The translations under genes and the position numbers were made by a program. A DNA stretch of 59,665 nt, filler included, from Sphacelaria rigidula (lineage: Eukaryota): NCBI GenBank assembly GCA_964200075.2. It is 4 parts of 4 records of this genome, joined end to end, with 100 filler letters (N's around TTAATTAATTAA, not from the genome) between each part and the next. Parts side by side here need not be neighbours in the genome. Positions count along the whole stretch, not along the records: positions 44,829 to 59,665 come from CAXNAA020002023.1; 3 more parts are not named here. One strand, given 5' to 3'. The notes beneath the pieces are model-generated. The model was not told the origin of the DNA, searched no databases, and worked only from the letters and a program-made list of their open reading frames with translations. Below, piece by piece: positions 49,758 through 59,665 of the stretch; positions within the stretch are counted from its first letter, which is position 1; each line of letters opens with the position of its first letter.

Positions 49758-52290
49758 ATCCCGAACACGACCTACCCGGCTAAGGTTGACGATGAAAGCC
49801 CGACTACACGAAAAAGCAGACACAAGGGGTGCAACCCCCGCAGGACTATCCTGGCGAACCGATGCTGGGATAAAGACGAGGTACGTGATAATCTCGTTCC
49901 GATGCTGTTGTGTTGCAGAGCCCGATTTTCTTCGCACCAGGACAATGGGCTACAATATTCGCCACAATTGCCGTCGGAAAACGAAGCCCCTCCCGAGCAC
50001 TATTGGTGTCCCAAATCTATTTGTGGCGGTGGTTTCTATCGATACAGCGCTCATCAGTTGTATTAAGGGCAGCAATAGAGATTGATCGATATTTCCCAGA
50101 GTCCATTGTGGTAGCCGATGCCTACCGAAGCTAGTTGTCTCAATAGACTGTGGTGGAAAGTGGTGGTGGCGACATGGGCGACGATGGCTCGTACAACTCG
50201 GCTTCATTCCAGTCTGATGGTGAAGGTGGGGTTGACGACGGCGTCCAGTGCAGCACGGGTTTATCCAAGATACTCTGGGTGTTGTTTCTGCTTCATCGCG
50301 CTTACATTCTCCACGCTCACCAAACTCACTGCTCTCTTTTGTTAGCGTCAGGACGGCTCATCGGGTGGTGGTGGTGGTGGTGGTGGCGACATGGGGGGTG
50401 GCTGCGGGGCTGCCAGCTCCACTGAACACGGCGATACGAGGGGAAAGGATGTAGGGGCGCCAGCCTGTGTGCAGGAGAGTGGGGAGGGTCTCGAATGCGT
50501 GTGTGTGAGATGGGCGGGCCTTGCAGCTAGGGAATATATGGACGGAGAGTCACCAGGATGCCAAGGGTTGGATGCGAGAGGTGGCGGCAATTGCCTCCCC
50601 CCCCCCCCGACGTGAGCCACAGAACCTTCAGGTGAGAAAAAGAATAAATCCAGAAAAACAGAAACAAGGCTTTTCGGCTTGCCATGAATACGGGGCCGTT
50701 TTTGCTGCTGATCCATCCTGCTGCATGTGCTCCTACAGGTGTGCCACACCACATAACGCCACACACGTGCTGTCTCGTTCAAACACACGAGTTCCTTTGG
50801 AATCGCTTGGTTAGGTGTTTGGTTCCTGGATTGGAAGTTTCATCCCTCTCTCTTCATGTATCGTGACTGGCGGTGTGTGTGGAATCCGTGTGTCGAAAAA
50901 TAGAATACGTCACCAGATTGGTCTGGCTTGTTTCATCGACCCCATACCTTTCTGCTCACAAAGAAGCACGTGTGTTGGGAGATTATGTTCACGTGTTGCA
51001 AGAGCATACACTATCATTGCCAACGTAAAAAACTGGAGACTCTCCTTCCCGCCCAAGCAGCTCATTGTATGTGCGTGTGTTCTGCGCGTTTTTTTTTCTC
51101 TTGGAATATCAAAGTGTGGGTTATTTACACAACACTGATTCCGCCTCTCTCATGGTGTGGCGTGATACCTTGTCTGTATGCAATAGCAGACACCCAACAG
51201 CGAAAAGCCACACACGATGGGTCGGAGGATCTCAACACACGACGTACTGTACAAATCAAACTCATCCTCATAAATTCAGGAAGGAAAACGATATCGCTGC
51301 CGGTGAGGTCATCGATCTAACCAACTTCAAGGTATCGGATGAAAGCAGTAACGGAACCGGCTCCCGTCGTCCACGACATCTCCGATAGCGACAGACACAT
51401 AAATGGAGGAACCGGCGCCCGCCTTCAACGCGCCCGATGCGGAAGTGGCACAGATTGTCCGCCTGTGTATTCAACACGTCTCACTGCCAGCAAGTGGAAG
51501 CACGTTCTTGTTTTATGCGCGGGTGCTGCGCGCACGCATTTACTCTCTATCGGAACGTGTGCTTCCACACAGCACGCCTTGCTCGTCACAGTAGACTTTC
51601 CTAACAACACACACATTACAAATCAAAAACCCCGGCTGGGAAACTCCGAGATATCGGATGACGAAAGCAATCATGGCCCGATCACCGAAATCGAACTTGA
51701 AGACCCGGCTCTCGTCGTCCACGACACCTCCGACAGCGACACAGACTCAGAGTTGGAGGAACCGGCGCCCGCCTTCCACGCAGCCGATGCGGAGGTGGCA
51801 CAGATTGTCCGCCGCCGCCACCGCGTACTCTCAGCCGGTCGCGGGCCAAGCACATGAGGAATCTGAGCGACATTCCATGCAAGCTGACCGCGCGTCGCCT
51901 TGAGGACCACAACGACGCTCCCTGACTGTTGTTGCATAGTTCGTGCTTGAAAAGGGGGCGGCCATATGGCGCGATCAGCGGTGTGCTATTGGTGTTACGG
52001 TGATTTGGGGTGCTTGCTTGGATGTATTCATCGCGTGTTGCACGAGGAGGGTAGAATGTGTGGCCGGCGAGCTGTGGAGTAGTTGAAACATTCAAATGAC
52101 ACCCATTTTACACGATGGCGGGAAAGCAATACTTGTTGTGCCGCGGCCAGCTGCTCGAGGTCCATCCAGAAAGCAAAACACCTCTTTGCGAGTCACTGGT
52201 GTGCGCGTGATGATGGCTGTGCCCCGTGCCTTACTACAAGAAAAGTACGATGGTTTAAGCAAGCGATTTGAATTGGCGAACGTGGTGCCA
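49758..52290 (+). pseudogene. Copy A of a short-intron gene with an internally deleted PRTase-like last exon
   Basis: Candidate introns 49881-49940 and 50632-50738, acceptor at 51279. Peptides LQLGNIWTE, EPAPVVHDISDSD, AIWRDQ, LCRGQLLE, ESKTPLCESLV, CPVPYYK match copy B; many stops and indels. Confidence 0.65.
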
Positions 52291-52424
52291 AGCATTGTAT
52301 TATCAACCACAAATTCCCTCGTAAGAGCAGACCAAAAAGACGTCGCCCTGATTGAAATATCCGAGGGTAGGCGTGGCAACGTCTGCCATCGGCGGAATGT
52401 AGCAATCGGCGCATGACTAGTACA

Positions 52425-53252
52425 TCAAGCGAGCTTTGTGGGAGGCGCTGTGTAGACGAGCTTGCGCTTCTTGCCGCTCCAGTTGCTCAGCCGGTTCAAG
52501 TTGTCGGTCACGTGAACAGCAATATTGTTGAGCACCTTGTTCCTCCTTCTCTCATACAATTTCCTCTGCTCGGGAACGGGGGAGTCCTTGTAGCCAAGGA
52601 CACTCTCTGCGTGCTTCTCGAAATGATCGATGTAGCAAGGCGGGATTATCCCGGTGAACATGTTTACAGCTTGTTGGGTCTTCTTAACTAGGATTTGCAG
52701 GATCTCGACGTATGCCTCTTCCTTTGGGGCGGTTGTCCATCCATCGCGGCTACGACACAACCTGACTTTGTTGTACCCTTTGCATGCCCGGAAGTTCATG
52801 TTTTGCTCTAACGAGTACAGCTTTAACCCAAATTTGTAGAAGACATCGAGTCCAGGAAGGGATTTCAGTAAATCCGCGATGAACTCGCTGTTGATATGTT
52901 GCAATGACTCCTTTCCCGGAGGGTGCACGAATACAGCGGTAGTGTCGGCGTTGACGACAATGCTCTTGTTTGCACGAACAGGCTTAGATCGCCACTCCTC
53001 TTGCAGCTCGCCCCCAGGGGTAGAGTACAGGGCGATGTTGGTTATGACCATGTGGTCCTTCAATTCTTTGGTAAGCATGATGTCGGACATGTGCTCCGCG
53101 CTTTGCGCGTACACGTATACACTGCCGACATGATACCAGATACCTAGGTAGATAAGATTCGGATACTCCGTGCAGACAGGTTCCAACACGGTGCTCAAGT
53201 CAAAGCACGATGGGTTCGCCTTCACCCTGAGCTTCCTGTGACGCAGCGCCAT
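52425..53252 (-). CDS. Intronless 275-aa hypothetical protein, giant-virus-like (HPxGKESLxHI motif)
   Basis: Uninterrupted ATG-to-stop ORF; colinear diverged paralogue at 57261-58061 conserves many peptide blocks; AT-rich leader. Confidence 0.8.
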   Translation of the reverse strand: MALRHRKLRVKANPSCFDLSTVLEPVCTEYPNLIYLGIWYHVGSVYVYAQSAEHMSDIMLTKELKDHMVITNIALYSTPGGELQEEWRSKPVRANKSIVVNADTTAVFVHPPGKESLQHINSEFIADLLKSLPGLDVFYKFGLKLYSLEQNMNFRACKGYNKVRLCRSRDGWTTAPKEEAYVEILQILVKKTQQAVNMFTGIIPPCYIDHFEKHAESVLGYKDSPVPEQRKLYERRRNKVLNNIAVHVTDNLNRLSNWSGKKRKLVYTAPPTKLA

Positions 53253-53282
53253 TTATATTAGTATCATAAAATATTATTGCTC
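53253..53282 (-). promoter_or_regulatory. AT-rich upstream element (putative viral-type promoter)
   Basis: AATAATATTTTATGATACTAATATAA-ATG; similar AAAATATTTTGTGGTGATATTATAGA-ATG precedes the paralogue. Confidence 0.45.
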
Positions 53283-53284
53283 AT

Positions 53285-54055
53285 CTAGACGCACGGGGGT
53301 GGTGCCGAACGGTGGTGACAAGTGCAGGTTTTCTTACTCCCTATACAGGCGGTAAGTGGACTTTCTAGCATGAAATTAGCCACAGTCTTCGTCAAATACA
53401 CACATTCCTTCTCAGATCGAAGACGCGAAAATTGCTTCGTCTGAGACGCATGTGTGTCTTCGCGTCTTCGCTTCTCCGATCCGAGAGCCGGCAACACGAC
53501 TATCGTCGCGTCGATCTGACTTTTGGCTTGCGATATTAACGCTATCTGCTGGGCTACGGTCAAGGTGAACATCGTTCCGCTTTTCTGGTTTGGGACAAGT
53601 GCAGCTTCATCGCACCGTGCAGGCTGTAGCGGAAAAGGAAGAACTTCAACTAACGAGGCATAGCTTAACCGCCGTCGTTCGTGTGCTCGGGTGATGCACA
53701 ACGAGCTATCAATCTCTTGCAGTCTCAGCCTTGGTGATGCTACAGCTGCTAATTCTGGCGATGAAAGTGGTGTGTACGAGTCACGTTGGCTACCGTCGAG
53801 TTCCGAAATCGGGTTGATTTTTGACGCGCTGCTGAACCAACGCTTTTCTTTTGCGCACGAATCACTATCGTGTTTTTGTGTGCGAATAACAGTTTTCTCT
53901 GGCGCAATTCTGCTGCCTCTCGTAGAAGAAGAAATCATTGCCTGTATTTGCGCAGAGAGAGTGGGTGGAATGCTGTGCGTGCTTGCTGATGTCAAGCTTT
54001 GCCTCGTACTTAGGCTCCGACTGTTGCGACTGGCACCACGGTCAGTGCTTTTCAT
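53285..54055 (-). CDS. Intronless 256-aa Ser/Arg-rich hypothetical protein
   Basis: Open ATG-to-stop ORF ending 32 nt before the next ATG, AT-rich leader; no recognisable domain. Confidence 0.45.
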   Translation of the reverse strand: MKSTDRGASRNSRSLSTRQSLTSASTHSIPPTLSAQIQAMISSSTRGSRIAPEKTVIRTQKHDSDSCAKEKRWFSSASKINPISELDGSQRDSYTPLSSPELAAVASPRLRLQEIDSSLCITRAHERRRLSYASLVEVLPFPLQPARCDEAALVPNQKSGTMFTLTVAQQIALISQAKSQIDATIVVLPALGSEKRRREDTHASQTKQFSRLRSEKECVYLTKTVANFMLESPLTACIGSKKTCTCHHRSAPPPCV

Positions 54056-54070
54056 TTGAGGTAAAATACT

Positions 54071-54667
54071 TCATGAAAAAAATATGTCCTCAAAAGCGAT
54101 CATCGCCATCGTCCTTGTTGTGTTGCTGACCGTTACATGATCGCCCCTGTCGCGGGGTCTTACGAACTGTGTTTGTGCGTTGTTTTCAGTGGATCGCTGT
54201 TTCCTTTTTCTGTCTTTGGGAGAGTAGATAATTCTTTGTTTTCTTTGAAACCAGTTTCCGGCCCTTTCCCGGCGCTTGTACACACACTCTTCCTGCACAG
54301 GTTAGGGAGAAGCACGCCACGCGCGACTTCCCGTACTCTTCACGCGTGCCCTATTTTAGGTGCGGCTAGGTTGCGCGTTTAGATCCTCCGGGGATCTATC
54401 TTGTGCCGCGGCGGTGGTCCTTCTTTGCGCCGAAGCATCTCTTGTCGAAAAAGCGCCGGAGGTGAGGTTCAAATTTCATTGTTTCATTTCTAATCTTGTC
54501 ACGCGTGTGACACGATACACGCCTTCATTGCCAATGGGTTGACCTCGGAAAACTTTCTTCCCTTTGCTGAGTTGGGGGCAACCAAATGCCTTGAGCTTGG
54601 TTTGTTTTTTCTGTTCCCACCGCTCTCGCATTAGCATCAGCAGTACTAGTACTTTCAGCAACGGCAA
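54071..54667 (-). pseudogene. Possible decayed co-directional ORF
   Basis: ORFs 54476-54667 and 54071-54298 are in one frame, separated by a few stops; ends 15 nt before the next ATG. Confidence 0.25.
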
Positions 54668-54997
54668 CTAGTTGTGTTCTGCATGCCGGAAAATGCTTGT
54701 TAACGTCTTGGTCTGGTAGGTAAATGCGCTTTTCCTACGCTTGTCCGTGACATTTGTAGGTATTCAAAGTGTGTAAAAACATGCCGCGAAAGCAGTCTCG
54801 GTTTGCATATTTTTCTCCGAGTAGTGTTGCATTTTTCCGTTTGCCGTTGTGCGAATTTTGTGCGCCTCGCCATTTTCCCGCTCTCTTTAGCTCACGTACA
54901 CACACCCTCCCTCCGCCACAGGTTTCCTCCCGCTCGCCATAAACGACTTCCCGCACTCTAGACCCATGCCCCTCTTCGGCTCGGTTCTTGGATCGAC

Positions 54998-57246
54998 GTG
55001 GAGGAATTCGTGTATGTGATGGGTGATGGGCGGGTCTTGCAGCTAGGAAACATATGGACGGAGCCGGCATGCCAAGGATGGATGAAGATTTGGCGGCAAT
55101 TGCCTCCCCGACGTGGGCCACAGAAACCATCGGGTGAGAAAAAGATTAAATCCAGAAAAACAGAAACGGGTCCCTTCGGTTTGTCATGAATACGGGGAAA
55201 GGGGTCTATCGTTCTCGACACACACACGCACATCGGAGCTTTGACGAGCACATGCGTACTTGGTTTTGTTTTTCGTGGGTGTGAGAAGACCTTTGCCCCT
55301 TTTATACTGCTGATCCATCCTTCAGCATGTGCTCCTACAGGTGTGCCACACCACCTAACGCCACACACGTGCTGTCTCGTCCAAACACATAGTTCTTTTG
55401 AAATCACTCGATTAGGTGTTTTGTCCCTGGACTGGAACTTGCACCCCTCTCTCATCGTCGTGTATCGTGACTGGCGGTTTGTGTGGAATCTGTGTGTTGA
55501 AAACATAGAATACATCAGCAGATTGATCTGGCTTGATTCATCGACCCCATAGTTCCGGCTCACATAGAAGCACGTGTACTGGGAGATGCGTACGTGTTAA
55601 CACGATGTATACACTATCATTGCCAATATTTAATACATGAGATCCTCCTTCCCGCCCAAGCTGCAGTTCTGGCGGCAAAGCGGGAAATATTTGATTGTAT
55701 GTGCGTGTGTTCTGTGCGCTCTTTTTTCTCTCGGAATGATCAAATCGTGGGTTTGGGAAACAACACTGATTCCGCCTCTCTGTTGGTGTGGCGATGATAC
55801 CTTGTCTATATGCAACATCAGACATGCAACAGCAAAGACCCACACACAACGTGTCGGAGGATCTTAACACACACGACTTCCTGCACAAATCAAACTCATC
55901 CTCATACATTCAGGATGGGACATAACACAGACACCGTACTTGAAGAGCCAGCTCCTGTCGTCCACGACGTTTCCGACAGCGACACAGACACAGAAATGGA
56001 GAAACCGGCGCCCGCCTTCCACGCAGCCGATGCGGAGGTGGCACAGACTGACCGCCACCGCCGCCGCAACAGCAACGTCGGTCCCGTCGGCCCCCTCACT
56101 CCTTCACGGGCCAAGAGAATCAAGCGGCTGAGCGACCACCTCTCGCCGGCCATGTCGTGCAGGCTGGCGGTGCGTCGCCTCCACGACCACAACGACCCTG
56201 CCTGATTTGTCCTTGTTTATATGTTGTGCAGAGTTGTTGGTTGATACCGGGAAAGCTATCTGGCGCGATCAGTTATGTGCGGTACGGGAGTTTCCCGTTG
56301 ATACCAGAGCGTGCCTACCTTTTCTCGAGAGACAAAGGGAAATAAGTGGCGAGAATTCGTGCGTAGCGAGGGTTTTAGAGTGTTTGATTGAGTCCATTTG
56401 CCGCGCGTCGCGCGCGGAGTTGTTCGCGGGGATAGAGGATGTGGCGAGCCACCTGTGGAATAATCTAAAAGGATCAAACGATACTCGATTTTACGTTGCT
56501 CTTAGCGGCGACAGCCGCGATGTTTGCTTTTCCAAATCCACCATGTTTGTGTCTGTCATGATGATGGCGACAAATACACAACTCGCAGAATCATTCCGTG
56601 GCTTCCTGTGCCATGGGCAACTGCTTGAGGGTGTTAATTCAGATACCATACAGCACGTAGTGTATGCAGATGACGATTCGTTCTCGGGCTCACAACTGAC
56701 GGACGGAATTAGAGCTGTCCACGCATTTTTTGCGGATGCAGCCCATATAACTCTGCACATTGCAATCCTTTTCATCTCACCACAAACACGCCAGAAAGTA
56801 GAGAGTGATATGCCCGAATTCGGCAACACATTTTGGTACATTCCACAATACCAAAAACAACCAGAGTCTCTCGTTAACGCTCTTCGCCGCGTGCCGGGAG
56901 AAAATCTGATGGATTTCGCGCACAGATTTTTAGACCACGCTGATTTATTCTCCCACGGCCGTGACAGTGTGCTGAGCAGCCACTTGTCTATACTGATCTC
57001 GAGATGCCCGATCAGAAGTCTGCTCACCTCCACTTTCTGTTGGACCCACAAACACTCTCTTCAGAGAGCAACACACCTCTTGGCGAGTCGCTGGTGTTTG
57101 GGTGCACGCCGCCGAGCGATAACGAAGCCACTAGAAAGATGATGGCGGGAACACTTTGTCCCTTGCCTTGCTACAAAAGAGTACGGTGGTATGAGCACGT
57201 GCTTGAGATTAACGAAGATGGGGTAAAGCGGAAACGGAAGCTGTAG
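54998..57246 (+). pseudogene. Copy B: short-intron gene ending in a phosphoribosyltransferase-like domain, frameshifted
   Basis: Introns 55134-55340 and 56170-56233 (GTGCGT..CCTGAT..AG), acceptor at 55913. Last exon 56234-57246 has FSKSTMFV, HVVYADDDSFSGSQL, then after a frameshift near 56973 LVYTDLEMPDQKS and CPLPCYK. Confidence 0.7.
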
Positions 57247-57260
57247 ATCAAGCCAGGTGT

Positions 57261-58061
57261 TTAAACAAGCATGAGTTTCTCACCACTCCAGCTACGTAGC
57301 CGACTTAGCCTATCGTTGACGCTGACGGCGATTGTGTCCATCCACTTGTTTCTCCTCCTTTCATACAACTTCCTAAACTTGGGAAGGGAGCTTTCCTTGT
57401 AGTCAAGAGGACAGTTAGCGTACACATCGAAATGATTAAAGTAGTAGGCCGGTATGTCGTCCCTTAACATGATGACAGCTTGTTGGGTCTTCTCCACCAG
57501 GATTTATAGGAGCTCATCATAAGCCTCTTCCTTTGACACGGTGATCCACCCATCATCACAACGCACTTTGACATACTTGTAATTCTTTCGTGCACGGTAA
57601 TTGATGTTTTGCTCAAGGGCGTACAGTTTTAACCCGAATTTCAAGAACACGTTGATATTGAGCATTTGTTTCAGAAGATCCACGACGAACTCTTTCGTGA
57701 TGTGTTGCAGAGACTCCTTGCCCAGGGGGTGCACGAATATAGCCTTCGTGTCGGCGTCGACGACAGTGCCCTTGCTTGCGCGCAACGGTCTTGATCGCCA
57801 CTCCTCTTGTAGCTCACCCTCCACAGCAGAATACGGTGAGATGCCAACGCAGTCTATGTGCGCCTTCTCTAGTAGTCCCGTAAGAGTAAGGGCTGACATG
57901 CTCTCCTTGTTTTGCAAGTACAAACACACTTTAGCTTCCTGATACCATATCCCGAAGTAAATGAGACCCGGATACCTTTCGCGGACATGCTGTAAGATGG
58001 TGCATAGGTCAACACATGATGGGCTGGTCTGTGCCACGAGCTTTCTGTGACGCAACACCAT
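57261..58061 (-). pseudogene. Paralogue of the 275-aa gene with one in-frame nonsense codon
   Basis: YDELL*ILVEKTQQAV aligns with YVEILQILVKKTQQAV; TAA at 57504-57506 replaces Gln; otherwise 266 open codons. Confidence 0.8.
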
Positions 58062-58090
58062 TCTATAATATCACCACAAAATATTTTAGG
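58062..58090 (-). promoter_or_regulatory. AT-rich upstream element, paralogous to 53253-53282
   Basis: Shared AATATTTT core followed by A/T-rich spacer immediately before ATG. Confidence 0.4.
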
Positions 58091-58189
58091 GGATTTTGAC
58101 GCAGTGTTTCTCAATAGCAGCGTTTGCCACAATGAAACACCGAGGCGACGTTTCGCCAGATCCATGTGACGAACCAAGCATGCCATTCA

Positions 58190-59620
58190 GTTCCGAACCA
58201 GTTCAAATTTCTCTTTTGTACGGACAAGAGGTGCAGCATACCATTCAAGGTGGTGTTTGTCGTTATTGAGTTGGTATGTATATGGGAGGCAAATGCCTGA
58301 ACGATCGAACAATCCTACAACGGGCAAGCTGTGACACGTTTCTTTATGCACAAGAAGAACAACATATTAAGCTGTTCGCGACACATCCGGCAAACTTCCC
58401 TCATCCAAAATGAACTTGGATCCAAAACCCAGCTGTCCGGTTCAGAACCTCTTGACAGAATGGATGTCACCTTGATCGCAAGTTGGTTCATCTCAGGTCC
58501 AGCATTTGGCTACTTGTCATGCGTCTGGTGTATTAGATCACACCCTGATACACGTTTTGATACGACACCAAAATCACTGTACCCAATGTACGAAAACAAT
58601 ATAGATACGGGTGACAAAACCCCTCAAATACGACCACCACCATGAAGGACAAGGGAACACGGCCCTTTGTCTTACGGTTCTCTCACAAGCAGGAAGCTGT
58701 CTTTGAAACCAGCTGTCCGGTTCAGAATGTCTTGACAGAATGGATGTCGCCTTGATCACAAGTTGGTTCATCTCAGGCCCAATGTTTGGCTTCTTGTCAT
58801 GCGTCTGGTGTACTAGATCACACCCTGATACACATTTTGATACGAGACAGAAAATACGGTACCCACTGGATGGAAACAATATAGATACGGGTGACAAAAC
58901 CCCTCAAATGCGACCACCACCATGAAGGACAAGGGAACATGGTTCTTTGTCTTTCGGTTGTCTCAAAAGCAGTGAACTGTCTTTGGAACATACAAGTGCG
59001 TCAGTCTGGAGCAGTTCTGGTTTTCTCTTTTGTACAGAAAAGAGGCCGTAGCATACCATTCAAATGGTGTTTGTTATTATTGAGTTGGGTATCATAATGG
59101 GAGGCAAAGGCTTGAACGATCGGACACGCCCTTAACGGGCATGCTATGAAACGTTTCTTCCTGAACAAAAGGACAAAAACAGCACGCTGTTCGCGACGCA
59201 CACGGCGAGCCTGCCTCATCCACAGTGAGGTTGGATCCCAAAACTAGCTGTCCGGGATCCCTCGGAATGTCTTGACAGAATCGATATCACCTTGATCACA
59301 AGTTGGTTCATCTCAAGTTCAGTATTTGGCTACTTGTCGTGCGTCTGATGTGCTAGATCACACCCTAGTACATTTTTTTACACGAGACAGAAGTTGCTGT
59401 ACCCAATGTATGGAAACAATATAGATGCGGGTGGTGAAGTCCCTTTACTACGACCACCACCATGCAGGACAAGGGAACATGGTTCTTGGTCTTACGGTTT
59501 TCTCAAAAACAGGAAGCTGCCTTTGAAACCAGCTGTCCGGTACAGATCGCCTTGACAGAATCGATGTCACCTTGATCACAAGTTGGTTCATGGACCAATG
59601 TTTGGCTTCTTGTCATGCGG
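58190..59620. repeat. Higher-order tandem repeat [B-A-A][B-A-A'] with 280-bp A unit and about 815-bp period
   Basis: A units start at C(C/T)AGCTGTCCGG 58429, 58709, 59244, 59529 (last one partial); B segments about 58190-58428 and 59000-59243. Confidence 0.9.
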
Positions 59621-59665
59621 CGAGTCATCCTACGATAGGGGGGGGGGGTATTTTGGGCCATTTGT

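Noticed and set aside
56190-56233. Apparent conserved +1 programmed frameshift at GCC-TGA (unit B) and CCC-TGA (unit A, about 51920)
   Set aside because: The conserved CCTGAY is better explained as an intron branch point: donor GTGCGT at 56170 and AG at 56232-56233 restore the frame.
58429-59620. CRISPR-like or cysteine-rich coding repeat array
   Set aside because: Units are long and contiguous with no unique spacers, and no consistent frame or Cys motif is present.

Overview
Eukaryotic DNA, most likely a brown alga (Ectocarpales-like; inferred from GT-AG intron style, repeat families and gene content). The window is not one locus. It is four contigs of 14846, 14844, 14838 and 14837 bp (the first and last bounded by the window edges), joined by artificial N44-TTAATTAATTAA-N44 linkers. 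Contig 1 holds a complete 5-exon mannose-6-phosphate isomerase gene plus a SINE and MITEs. Contig 2 holds an orphan DnaJ-type terminal exon, a TPR-containing gene, a divergent unknown gene and Copia remnants. Contig 3 holds a decaying head-to-head pair (ACBP-ankyrin and DDRGK1-like), the latter with a 10 kb intron full of nested TEs. Contig 4 holds ankyrin pseudogenes and a tandemly duplicated, virus-like cassette: a short-intron gene ending in a PRTase-like domain, convergent with an intronless gene that resembles giant-virus proteins, followed by a higher-order tandem repeat. Two observations stand out: a LINE family that ends in an oligo(C) tail directly after its stop codon and inserts at G-ending target sites (two copies have target-site duplications), and the intron-bearing virus-like cassette. 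All calls are by eye; no database searches were run.
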